Part shown: piece after piece, positions 52,601-64,000 of the stretch
How positions within the stretch are numbered: position 1 is the stretch's first letter
Layout of the letters: each line of letters begins with the position of its first letter
Source of the DNA: Kudoa neothunni
Taxonomy: Eukaryota > Animalia > Cnidaria
NCBI GenBank assembly: GCA_964304625.1
Contig: OZ199839.1
Coordinates: 11,668,335 to 11,732,334 of the forward strand
Length of the DNA: 64,000 bases
Reading direction: 5' to 3'
Notes under the pieces: model-generated
The model's database searches: none
What the model was told of the DNA's origin: nothing
What the model saw: the letters and a program-made list of their open reading frames with translations, nothing else
Translations under genes and position numbers: made by a program

Positions 52601-55583
52601 GACTACAATGAAGTTACTCTTAACATAGAATTGAAAACTTACATTGCCCTATGAAAGAATTGTTCTGGAATGGACTTTACAATCGAGTTCAAATTCAGAA
52701 ATTGTACAAACTTCAAATACACGTATCAATCTGTCAGAAGAAGATTCAGTATTTTTGTTTGAAATTGAAGATATTGCTACAGATTCGGAATATTCCATCG
52801 ATTTTTCATCTGATTATCTCGTTGAAAACGCCTGCTCAAAATTTGATTGTTAAATGTATATTTGTAAATTTATTTAATTTTATAACTCTAATTAAGCGAA
52901 AATCAACTATGAAATAATACCGAAATGGAAAGATGGTCACTTTTCAATGTCACTAGAATTAGATGTACCAATAAACAGATTAGACCTTAGTGGTAAATTA
53001 TTCACCCTTAAAAAGGCGAATTCTGGGTTCATTAAAAAAAAAGGAAATACCTTTTTAAAAATGTATTATATTGTGATCAAGGTTTTTGCAACTTTGACAT
53101 TAAAGAGGTGACCAAAAAAGAATATGTCGAAATCACGGTAAATTCGGATTTATTGAAAGACAAGGATCCAATTATTTTCAAGAAAGGTAAATTATTATTA
53201 AATAATTTTGATAAACAAAAAGTTTGTTTAGAACCTTCTACGTTTGATATTAACTACAAATACGAAAATAATGTATTATTGGTTGAGTTCACATTGGAGA
53301 ATGACATAGAAGAAATTTTCCTTAAATGGAGTTTACTGGGGAAAAGGAGAGAAATCTATAAAAAATTCCAATGATCAAATTAATTTATTACCATGTGAAG
53401 CAAAAAAATGTTCCATCGAACTTGGCAAGTTGGACCAAGCTGAACAATATAAATTCGCCTTTCAGTCTGATGAACTTCAAGGAGTCAGCGAATTAATAAT
53501 CGAAAGTAGATATTTTTTCATTAAATATAAATATTATTATTCGTTAAAAATTGATTAAATAAATTATTTTTTTATTTATATTCACTTTTTCTAGTTAACT
53601 GGGAAATACTTTTGACAAAATCAGAAGAATTGGATAAGACAATGGAACTCAATGACGAACCAATAGTATAGTTAATTATGCCGACTTTTCATATGGTATG
53701 CATATATTAGATTACCGGTAATTTTATAAAAGCTTGGAATAAAATAGTGTATGAAGTAATCGAAACAAGTAACTAAAACCACGTACAATTACAATTATAA
53801 TAACTTTCAATTTAGCACCAATTCAAAATAATTCAACCATTGAAGACAGCCCAAAAAAAGAGAAGGAGGAAGAAACTTCGTAAATAGATCAAAATAATGA
53901 CATTAATATAATAATTATCTTGTTTGTAGAATCTTCTTAAAACAAATTAACCTTTTGGACAAGAATATCATAAATATTGACGTTACTGAGGAAGTCGATT
54001 CGGACAATATAAAATTGAAGACAATCACAACACAAGAGGCTTCAAAAACGATATATTTTGCTAAACCAATAGCCGACAATGAAATTAATGACATGTTACA
54101 GAATTCAACGCTTGCTGTAAACAACGATGAGCCATTGCAATCCACTTATTTGCACATGGAATTTTCAGCTGATGATTCTTCCGCTGAAGCGGACAACCAG
54201 AGTAAAATTGTGTTGGCCGTAACGAAAAATAAGGAAATTAACAATTCAACACAAACGAGTGATATTATTGCAGGAGATGTGCTAATCATAAAAGTTTCAA
54301 ATAATCGGACAAAAAAATTAAATATAACGTTCAGTCAAATTATAAAAACCAATGATAAAAAGAACAATTTTAGATGTTGCACGTTAGATAGTATATTAAT
54401 ATTATTAATTATTGTAAATAATAACCATGTTTCCTTATAAAGGTAAAACATTAGCTTGGGAAACTAAATACTGCTCAATTTTACATGAAGTTCCTATTTC
54501 AACATTCCTCACCAACTACACATGCACTTGCAATCACACCACAAGTTATGCAATCATATATGATGTTTTTGATAATGATTCATCAAAAAAATGTTTTCTA
54601 TCAACATGAAATATCTCTAATAACTACTTGCATTTCGATGGTATTTTTGTTCCTCACAATTGTGTGTATTTTATCATCTAAGTAAATTTTGTACGGTGAA
54701 TAGAAATTGAATGTTAACTGTTTGATTATAGAGTTGTTAAAAAAATAAGAATTTTGGCTCAATTGTGGATGTGTGTGGCTATATTTATATTCCACTTGGC
54801 ATTTATCTTGGGAAATGTGTTTAACAAAATACATCAATCGTGTTTTTATGTTTCCATCTTCTTACACTATGGCCTTATGAGTCAATACATGGCATTGTTA
54901 TTAAATTCTCTTGTTGTTTTCCAAAGTCTTATATTAACAATGAAAAAAGTAAAGGAAATAATTATGAAAATTATAGCACTTCTCTTTATAAGTGAGTATA
55001 TTCATTTAAACTTAATAATATTTAAATTTTAGTCGTCCCCATAATTGTTGCAGCAATCTCTAGCAAGTTCTTTAGTGAGAATTACGTCATAAAAACAAAG
55101 TATTTAAATTATATTTATTTTTATAACAATTTAATTGAATTTTATAGTTGTATACCACATGGTTGGCTAAAGTTGGTGACAATCACGATTCCTGGAGCAT
55201 CTATACTATTATTTAATGTAGTGGTATTGTTCCTGGTATTACGCACAATCTACAGATCTGAATTTACAAATAAGAAAAAAAGTTCAATTAAACGACGTAC
55301 AAGACAGCTAATGTTCCTGTTCATGTTGCTAGGAATGCCAATGTTAATTCAACTTTTATCTTCCTTCATTAAAAGTGAATTAATTACATTGGTAGCCAAT
55401 TGTTTAAACACGTCAATGGGAACATTCTTATTTTTCATCTTTGTTGTTGGAAACAATGAAATGAGAACCCATATAAAGTCAACAATTGGAACAGGATCAA
55501 GCCGGAAGAAGATAATATCATCAAGTAGAACTAGATCCACAACCAAGATGACAACTTTTTCATCAAGATATAAAAAACAATAA
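43684..55583 (+). CDS. Giant adhesion GPCR paralogue (gene 2); frameshifted as assembled, so either a pseudogene or assembly errors
   Basis: Signal-peptide exon 43684-43753 (MTTMMRNIIFNSVLLFITLISVI). About 11 N-terminal module exons (43810-47644), 8 exons paralogous to 8155-10738 (48495-51068), one c-d-e-a-b block (51890-53505), then GAIN/GPS and 7TM as in gene 1. About a dozen +/-1 indels, mostly in homopolymers. Confidence 0.75.
48147..48233. mobile_element. Short Tc1/pogo-type MITE in an intron
   Basis: TA|CAGTAAACTCTC ... GAGAGTTTAGAG imperfect TIRs. Confidence 0.4.
51810..51842 (+). mobile_element. Possible Helitron 3' terminus in an intron of gene 2
   Basis: CCCC-n9-GGGG hairpin 7 nt before CTAG, followed by T. 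Absent at the paralogous site of gene 1 (~15025). The 5' end is undefined. Confidence 0.4.
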
Positions 55584-56099
55584 CTTCCTATTAGTTAAAA
55601 TAATATTGTTATTTCTCTAGTATAATATTAGTTTTCGTTCTTAGTTAGACTTCATTTCTTTAATTTGCCTTCAAAATAAATCCATATTTGTAAACATTTC
55701 ATTTTTATCATATCTGTATACCTATTAAAAATCTTAAATTTTTGTCTCAATTAATAATTTGGTCTAAATAAAATACTTAAACGGATAAATTAAAGTTTAT
55801 AATTTCCTTAAATTAACAATTTTGTTTATGTTGTAATTTAACGCTACTTATGATGTGCCAAAAAAAATAATAACATAATTTAATAATAAATGAGATGCAG
55901 GGTGGCTCCCACTTACGTATAGGCCAATGGAAAGGGAAAGAATCCTATTACACAGAAAAGCTGCGATAAATACAAACTCCTCACTTGAAAACACAAGGGA
56001 GTAATTGGAAACTTTTTATCTAAAGATCGAAACTATTGTATTACGGCGTATTATTTTACTTTTGTTTTGAAACTTATGCAATTACCAATAGTATAATAA

Positions 56100-58769
56100 C
56101 CCTCCAATATCTGGCAAAAAAGTTACATGAATTATTGTAGAGGACCGCTATGGGCCTATGCAATATAATCGTAGCATAATTATATTCGAATCTATTTAAC
56201 TATAATGATATATAAAACAATCCAATAACTTGGTTATAAGTTATAAAAAATGAAAAAAAAATTGAATTATAAAATGAAAATCAAATTTTTTAGACGCGCG
56301 CATAAAAAAAATAAATAATTTGAAAATATAAACTTATATAAAATCGATATCACAAAAATGAAACAAAATAACGTTAATTCATATAATTAAAATAAATTTA
56401 TTCTTTTTCAAACTTGTTATTTTATGATTGTAATTAGCGGTTTAATTTAGATGGTGTTTTGATTTATTGGCAAAAAACTATTATAATAAACATGTAAGCA
56501 ATAAATTATTTTATTTGTACAAAAAATGATAATATGACATAAAGAATACAAAATAATTTAATATTTTACAATATTAATCTGAAATACATGTTGAAATATC
56601 TATATCATCTCATTATAATGACACTAATTCTAAGCGTTTTGTCTAAAATCTAAATAGGTAAATTACACAAGTATGATATATTTTTGCAGTTATAATCAAA
56701 TTTAATAAATTCGTTTTAAGTACGGATAAAAATATGGTTAAATAAAGTAGAAAAATAGTATAATATATTTTATATTTTGTTACAGAAATCGCATTCTATA
56801 TTTTCAATTCGGTGATTATCGCAGGCAAATTTGTTGCAATTTAAGAAAATTCTCCTGCTTTTCTTCTTGTTTATTGAGCAAATATGACATGTACCTCTTC
56901 CAGAAGGAGGTTTCGGTTTCTTCCTTTTTATTGGGATGATTTCAAAATCGATATCATCGTTTCCTAGCAATTCTTCCGCTAACATTTTTAAAAACTCTCT
57001 TCGGGATTGTTTTTTATGAGCAATTTTTAATTGCGGGTTTCGATAAACATACAGGAGATGTGCATTATAGGCGGATATATCGATGATGTTAAGGAAAATC
57101 GCCAACGACTAGTGACTCTTATTGTGGGATAGCAGCGGACAATTTGGTCAAGCGTATCCACCCCTCCCTTAGTTTGGTTGTAATAATTTATGATCTCTGG
57201 TTTTTAAGACTCAGGATCAACATCATAACCTCGAAGTGTGGAACTTAAAAGTACCACGGATATATTTTTGTTGGGATTGTATTTTACCAACGTAAATTTA
57301 TCCTGAAATAAAAATCTCACATCGTTTGATATTTCCTTTGATGATTGAAATTCAGGGATGAGAAATTTTTTATTTTTAGGGACAGTCCCTACAATCGTTG
57401 TTTTATGAGACATTAAGTATCTCGCAAGTGACAATGTGGTAAAAAATTGTCCGTGGTAACGTTAACACCGTTTTTTTAAATAAGGTGTAATTAAATCCTT
57501 TACCACATTTTCACCATTGTTGGTTTCAACAACACCGTTCTCTTTTCCAATATACATCTTTGCATTGCATAGGTATGCGTTTGTTGCATCACACAATGTC
57601 CATATTTTTATCCCATCCATGCCAGGCTTAGAAGGAATGAACATTTTGAAGAGGTAACGACCTCTGAATGTGACAAGCTGTTCATCCACAGTCAACTGGG
57701 AAGATGGGTCGTAACTTTCTTTACACATCTTTATAAACTCATCAAATATATATCTGATGGGGGCAAGTTTATCCCCTCTATCCCTGGTTCTTCTCTTGAC
57801 GAATCTGAGACAAGTTGCAAAATCTTCAAAGCGATTTCTTGTAATTTTTGCAATTAGTGATTGAAGGCCATATTTTTCAGTCAAAAATTCAGGATGTTTT
57901 CATTTTTGCCTATCATTACGCCAATTAATAAGATAGCTTCCAAAAAAACATTCAACTCGGCCATATTTATCTCTTTGACATTTGTTTTTTCTTGTTCAAT
58001 AAATTTGTTGGTACAACATTAAATCTCTTCCAACATTTTATTGGTCAACAAATTATTAAAAGCCCTCATGTGAGTTTGGCAATTCTGGAAAGCTTTTTTT
58101 GTAAATGCTACTTTTACATGTTAAATATTTTCCGTTGTAGGCCTCCATTCAACTCTAGTTGGATTTTTATACCATTATTATCCATCTTTGTAGACAACAA
58201 AAGGGACATGTGGCATATCTTCAATGCTCGCATGGCTATCATAAGCATCATCTTCGTCATTGTTGACTGGTTCATTAATTATTTCATCCAAGTCCTCCGA
58301 ACCACTTTTAATGTATAGTGTATCGTCAACACTTTTATAATCGTTTAAAAAATATGTTTTCTGTCGTAATTCATTTTTTAAGCAAATTTATTGTTAAGAG
58401 ATCAAGTTTGTCATAAAATAAATTCAATTAAAATGTTTGATTAAACATATAATTAGCCATAAATTGTTTTAGAATATTTTAAATTGCTTATGAAATATAA
58501 TATTAAATTTGTAATGATGTAATTATAGTACAAAATAGGGATTTTGTGAACAACTACACGTGGATCGAAATAGCCTATCTTAGTTATTTACGTAACTTTT
58601 TTTGTTTACTTATTTTTACAAAAATTCCCAAAACTTACAGATCTATTATTTTATAATGTAATAAAGCATAATTAAAACATAAAATAGGAATACAAAAAAA
58701 GTTTAAAAAATGTATTCAAAAGGATAATAAAAGTTTTATCTCTCGTCGTCCAACCTAGGTATTCGAGGG
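56100..58769 (-). mobile_element. piggyBac family C, copy 2, full-length but defective
   Basis: ATAA|CCCTCCAATA ... TATTCGAGGG|TTAA. Motifs TRNRF, DKLAPIR, LTVDEQLVTFRGR, YNQTKGGVDTLD, and a Cys-rich tail. Confidence 0.9.
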
Positions 58770-59529
58770 TTAATTAATGTCAAGGTTACGTTATTTAGAT
58801 TTGCTGTTAAGTTATTTTAAATTTTTATACTTTAAAGTAAGCTAAATATTCACTCAAAAATTATATAAATTAAAATTATACATTCAAGATTTCGTCACAT
58901 ATTTAATTCTCTCATGAAATGTTTAAATTTATTATTAAACAACAAAACTACAAAATCCAAAATTTCACCTATGCTCAACTATTCACATACGTTGTTGTTC
59001 ACAAAAACATTAACATATCATGTACCTTTACGAATTATGATTTAGTCGTAACTTTATCGGATAATGAGTCCCGTTTTGACTCGTGTATTTCCCAAAAACG
59101 ACATGAAAAAAATTCAAAACATTTAATTTATTATCAGATTTATTTATTTTATTCACATTTGTTTTCCTATTAAAATAGGCGGTTTTTTTGTTTTAATATT
59201 ATTATAATAAAAATAATTCCCCGCCTAAAAATAAATCCATTTTAAATCTCTTTTTTGATAAGGGGTGCGGAGTTGTCGTTGTATGCGGTAGGGGATCCGG
59301 AAACTAAAATGAATTGGGAAACGCTGCCATAGTTCAATAACCTATAAGAAACTTCCAAAGAGGGAGACCCGTCATCTTAAACATAAAAGTTGAATTTGGA
59401 ACATAGAACGTTTAGAATTCTTTATACAAAACATTCAAGAGACTGTTATGACCATTGAGCCTACAAAATTTTATAATCAGGACATAAAATACATCGAAAT
59501 CCAATCACGAGAAATCAAAACTAACCATA

Positions 59530-61027
59530 ATGAGTGTACCAAAGCGAAAGATCGATTATGAATGTCGTGTTTTTAACAAAGATTGGGCAAAAAAGTATTT
59601 TTTTGTTGATATTGGGACCAAAGCCACATGCCTGATTTGTTATGATACTTGTGCGGTATTCAAGGAGTATAACTTGAAAAGGCATTTCCAATCTCACCAT
59701 TCCAATTTCGGTCAAAACCTTACTGCAATTGAACCCAGAAGGAAGGTAGTGGACATAGGGAATAAATTAAAATAACAAGAAGGTGCGTTTTTAAAGTTCA
59801 CGTCCATACACGAGGGTGTAACATAGGCAAGTTTCGTATTGGCACACAAGACTGCAAAACATAACAAATCATTTTCTAAAGCAGAATTTATTTAGTCTTG
59901 TATGATTGATGTTGTGGACATAGTTTTCCCAGAAGTGAAGCCAAATTGGAGTTAATTTCATAGTCAAGGAGAACCATTATTCGTAGAGTTGATGCGATCG
60001 TTTCTAACCTAAAAGAAAAGCTGTTGGATACTGCATCTTCTTTGATATGGTTCTAGATAGCGTTAGGTGAGAGCACATATTTTCATGATACTGCAAGTTG
60101 CTCATTTTTATTCTTGGTATCGATGAAAATTTTCTAATTACAGAAGAGCTCTTGTCGATAAAAAGCCTCAGAGACACTACTACCGGACAGGACTTATACG
60201 AGAGTGTAATAAATTGAGTGGAGAGATCACAGTTGTGTCTTGATAAACTCGTGAGTACTACATCTAAGGGAGAACCTCCATTAATTGGAACACATCGAGG
60301 ACTTTTCAAATTAATGACGGACAGGATCCAACAAATCTTTCCAAAACACGAATTACTTTCGTTCCACTGTATAAATCACCAAGAAAGTATTTTCAAATCT
60401 AAACTGGATATCAGGAATGTCATTATTCTTGTCACAAATGCAGTAAATATGATATGGTCGAACAGGCTGAATCACAGACAGTGATTCAGCATCACTTGGA
60501 AGAAATGGAGTCAGATTTCATTGTTGTTTTGTACCACACAAATGTACGATGGCTTAGTCTTGGAATGGTACTAAAAAGAGTTTAGGATCTTAAGGATGGA
60601 ATTTTACTGCTTTTTTATGTAAAAATCTAACTTGTGATTTCACACAAAAAACTAAAGACAGCGATTGGATGTGTGATTTTGCTTTTGCGATTGATATTAA
60701 GCAAAAAGTTAACGATATAGATAAAAAAATCCAAGATGAAGATGTATTTGCTCACGATTTATACGTTGGGACCAAATCGTTCGAAACTAAATGAGCATCT
60801 TTTGCGAAGCAGCTATCTGATCAAAACTTTATCCATTATCCCTTATTAGTAACCCATTGTGTAAAACTAACACTTGCTTAAAAAATACTGTGGGCAGATA
60901 ATGTTACCTCCAGAGGAATTTAGACGACGATTTTCATATTTTAATACGATTCAGTACCAGTTTGATTTGTTGATACAGTAGGTAACTGATTTTCAGTAAT
61001 CCAATGAGGATCATGGAAAAGCCACTG
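59530..61027 (+). mobile_element. hAT (SPIN/Charlie, GTF2IRD2-like) transposase pseudogene
   Basis: KRKID.ECRVF..W...YFF, the zinc finger CLIC..KEYNLKRHF..HH, TTGQDLY, HCINHQE, LNHRQ and YHTNVRWLSLG, with many stops. Possible right end ..GGAAAAGCCACTG. Confidence 0.85.
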
Positions 61028-61229
61028 AAAATGCGACAGTGACGTATTTTCCCTAACATTTAGCGCGCAAAAACGAACAAATATACTTTTTTTTTTAAAT
61101 AAGTAAATTCATTTCATTTTTACAACCATCTACTTCTATTGAAATTATATGTTAATTTACATTATTTTTAATTATATTTTTAAATGTGTATGTCGTAATT
61201 TTATGATGTTAACTCATTACTTCGTCCAG

Positions 61230-61980
61230 ATAATCAATTCCTCTCCATTGTATATTTCTTCCGCATGTTTAAACATTTAAATAAATCTTTTGATGATATA
61301 AATTCTACCACTCTTTCATCTTTAGTTTCAAAATTAGTAGATCCAATAATCAAGGGAGTATGCTCGTCAGAATGTTTTAATGTAGGCATATTGACTTCCT
61401 TTTTAATAATCTCCGAATTTCCCGCCGAGAATTTTTTATTGCTAAAATTAATATTTGTTTGACGCTCACATTAGGTGGCTGTAAGAAACCCATATTTTCA
61501 GTAACAATTAAATGTAATATCCATTGAACCAACGTCCCATGATTATTTTATTGGGCACAATTTTGTGAGCCCAATCTTGGTAGGATGTATTTTTATCAAT
61601 GCTAACTGCAGAAATATGGCTTTCTATTATATTATTTTTGTAATTTTGTTTGAACAAAAAAAGATTCCGTGGGTTATTAATTGCAAACCACCAATTGACT
61701 TTTTGGTAAGGAATATAAGAGGGATATTGGACAAATGAATTTTGGCAGGGCAAGTGGCGTTATAAAGAAGTATTAAACTTTCTTGTACTTCGGTTTGAGT
61801 ACACTGTCAAAATTAGAAAAATATTTGTTAAATGTTTCTCTAATCATCCATTCTTTCCTGTTTGATTCGTATTTTACTTGAAATAATTTAGGATTTTTAA
61901 TACAATGAGGTTTTTGTGATTTCCAATCACAAGAGATGCAATACAACCTTCAGGCATAGATGCATACCGCAAAATAGTAA
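61230..61980 (-). pseudogene. Fragmentary minus-strand gene of unknown function
   Basis: A Cys-rich exon (CISCDWKSQKPHCIKNPKLFQ) is followed by a GT..CAG intron and broken ORFs (61508-61753 and onward). The family is not recognised. Confidence 0.25.
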
Positions 61981-62227
61981 CTATTATATAGATTTATTTC
62001 CCAGTTAAAATTTTTTTCTCTCGACAAAACATAACATTAAAAATAATGGAACTTTATATCGCTAGGAAAATAATGCAGTTTCTTCAAGATTATAGATACA
62101 GTCATCGTTGTTACTTTTGAATTAGTCAATCTATATAGATTATCAAATTTCTACAAAACTTTAGTAAACATAAGCAGCATCGTCATGGATAGTGATATTT
62201 TTAAAATAAATCGTGATTTATAACGAA

Positions 62228-63027
62228 GAAATCAATTTATATTTAGTAATTAAGTCCAAAGGTTTTTATAAAAAATATTCAAATGCTATCCACGTTGTTC
62301 TCATTATCCAACTATCTTAGTTACATTATTTACATTGAATAAAATTAAAATACTTTCTACATTGTTTTTGAAAAATTGTTAAATTTTATCAGTGATTTAA
62401 CTACGCTTTAATGAAGAAATTAATTCCGTAGGCTAATCATATATTTTATGAAAAATATTAGAGTTAAGTTATATCCCAAAAAATCTAATAATGAAAGTCT
62501 ACAAAATTTTGTATTATTATATTTTTTTATTTATTTATGTACATTGACCATACATATAGTTTAAAATCAACGAATCTACTCAGTTTTAAGGACAACATGC
62601 AATCCTGTAATAAAACCAAGATACTAAGAAATTTATATACGTGGATAAAATTTGTAATTATATAATATTCTTGTTTTTCTGCATTAACTATTAATTCTAC
62701 GTTTGTTGTTTATTGAATTAACCCTGAATCATTTTTGTTAATAAAAAATAGATAAACTTTGGCATCAACGCTTAATTTCATTCTACTTCTTTAAAATAAA
62801 AACAATCAAATAATGACAATACACTTCGATTTTAAGATATTGTCAAATTTCATGATGACAAGAAATTAGTGCTCAATATCCATTTTCTAGTATTCGTAAA
62901 AAAAAATCTTAAATAAATAATCCCAAATGTTTCCTTAATAGCTTAAAAGACTTATGAGATAGAACTGCACTTTATAAAACCATAAAATAATGACACACAA
63001 CGAAAAATGCGCAATATCCACCTACGC
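62228..63027. repeat. Second partial copy of the element at 5307-7654
   Basis: 62228-62420 matches 7290-7485 and 62909-63027 matches 7520-7636. It is cut just inside its TIR by the next element. Confidence 0.75.
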
Positions 63028-63080
63028 CAGTGTTTCCCTACGAGGAGTGCGAAGAGCCATCATTGGGGTGAGGGAGTCAT
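63028..63080. mobile_element. hAT-type terminus inserted into the preceding repeat
   Basis: CAGTGTTTCCC.. begins exactly where homology to 7636 stops. Confidence 0.4.
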
Positions 63081-64000
63081 TCAAGAATAAATGTAAAAAT
63101 CAATCAGTTTATTCACATCGTAATTTTCGTTTGTTCCCGTTTAAATCACGAAAGGACGTAATGCGTACAATAATATTTCTGATTGTTTTGATATCAATCA
63201 AATTCGATTCAACAATGGGATTTGATAATTTATAATTTATTCTGTTCGATTGTACGAAATAGCGCCGCAGTAAGGTAATAATTTATATTAAGTCTATTCA
63301 GCGGGCAGAATCTATCAATCTTTTCATGCAAAATCGTAACTTTGTTATCTTTCATAATAACATATTTATATTCTTCAGCTGTAATTAGGTTGTCATTACT
63401 TTAATCTACATAGAAATAATCTATATCCATGTAAATCCAACCACTCTGTGGTTTAAACATTGTCTTATAACTAAAATTCTTATCAAAGGCTAGGTACAAA
63501 TTCGAGCATAAGACTTAAAAATGCAACATAATAGAGCATATACAATTCAATGATGTATCTCAAATTTAGACATATTTTCTTGAATAATGTTGGTACAACA
63601 AAAATCCGAGCATTCATTTGTACATATAAATAAATGAATATGAATTTTAACAGAATAATCAGTTTTTTTTTCAGTTACATTAAGAAGGCATCTGTTTTGG
63701 ATTCTCGGAATTTTTCTTAGCCCCTTGACTCTATGTTTAAATTAAAATGACTAAATGTAGAAAAAGGAATTCGATAGGTTTTTCCGCAAAAGATGGTATA
63801 TGAAAAAAGCTTATCAACTTCATTATATAAAAATACTAAGTAGCGGAAATCATTAAATCCCGAAAACGATTTTCATGTTTCATATTCCGACAAAGTGTCC
63901 TGCTTTAAATTACTTATAAAAACCCAACGTAAGCAAGAGAACCGCCGGATCAAATAAATACTAAATAAAAATTGATTTTGAAATAATGTTTCTTGTGAAC

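Noticed and set aside
1-64000. CRISPR arrays, rRNA, or non-canonical intron systems
   Set aside because: No regularly spaced repeat-spacer array and no rRNA-like sequence were seen, and all gene-1 introns are GT-AG.

Overview
This is very AT-rich eukaryotic (animal-like) genomic DNA with mostly 40-60 nt GT-AG introns. The organism cannot be identified from sequence alone, but the compact introns suggest a reduced invertebrate such as an orthonectid or myxozoan. The window holds two tandem paralogues of a giant adhesion-type GPCR on the + strand (gene 1: 8155-25519; gene 2: 43684-55583). Each has a 7TM region, a GAIN/GPS motif and an ectodomain of about 23-24 beta-rich modules of ~90-100 aa, one module per (almost always) symmetric phase-1 exon. 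Gene 1 splices by hand into one uninterrupted ~2,700-aa frame, although its 5' end was not found. Gene 2 has a signal-peptide exon but many +/-1 homopolymer indels. The ectodomain shows module-number variation with a breakpoint inside one exon, gene-conversion-like patches, and exons that have diverged faster than the introns beside them, so it is a candidate diversifying receptor system. Most of the remaining DNA is decayed transposons: at least five piggyBac lineages, hAT, pogo/Tigger, Merlin, a possible Helitron end and two related tRNA-type SINEs. These include a nested pile at 26-39 kb whose empty target sites survive in the paralogous copy at 56-59 kb. All alignments were made by eye and no database searches were run.
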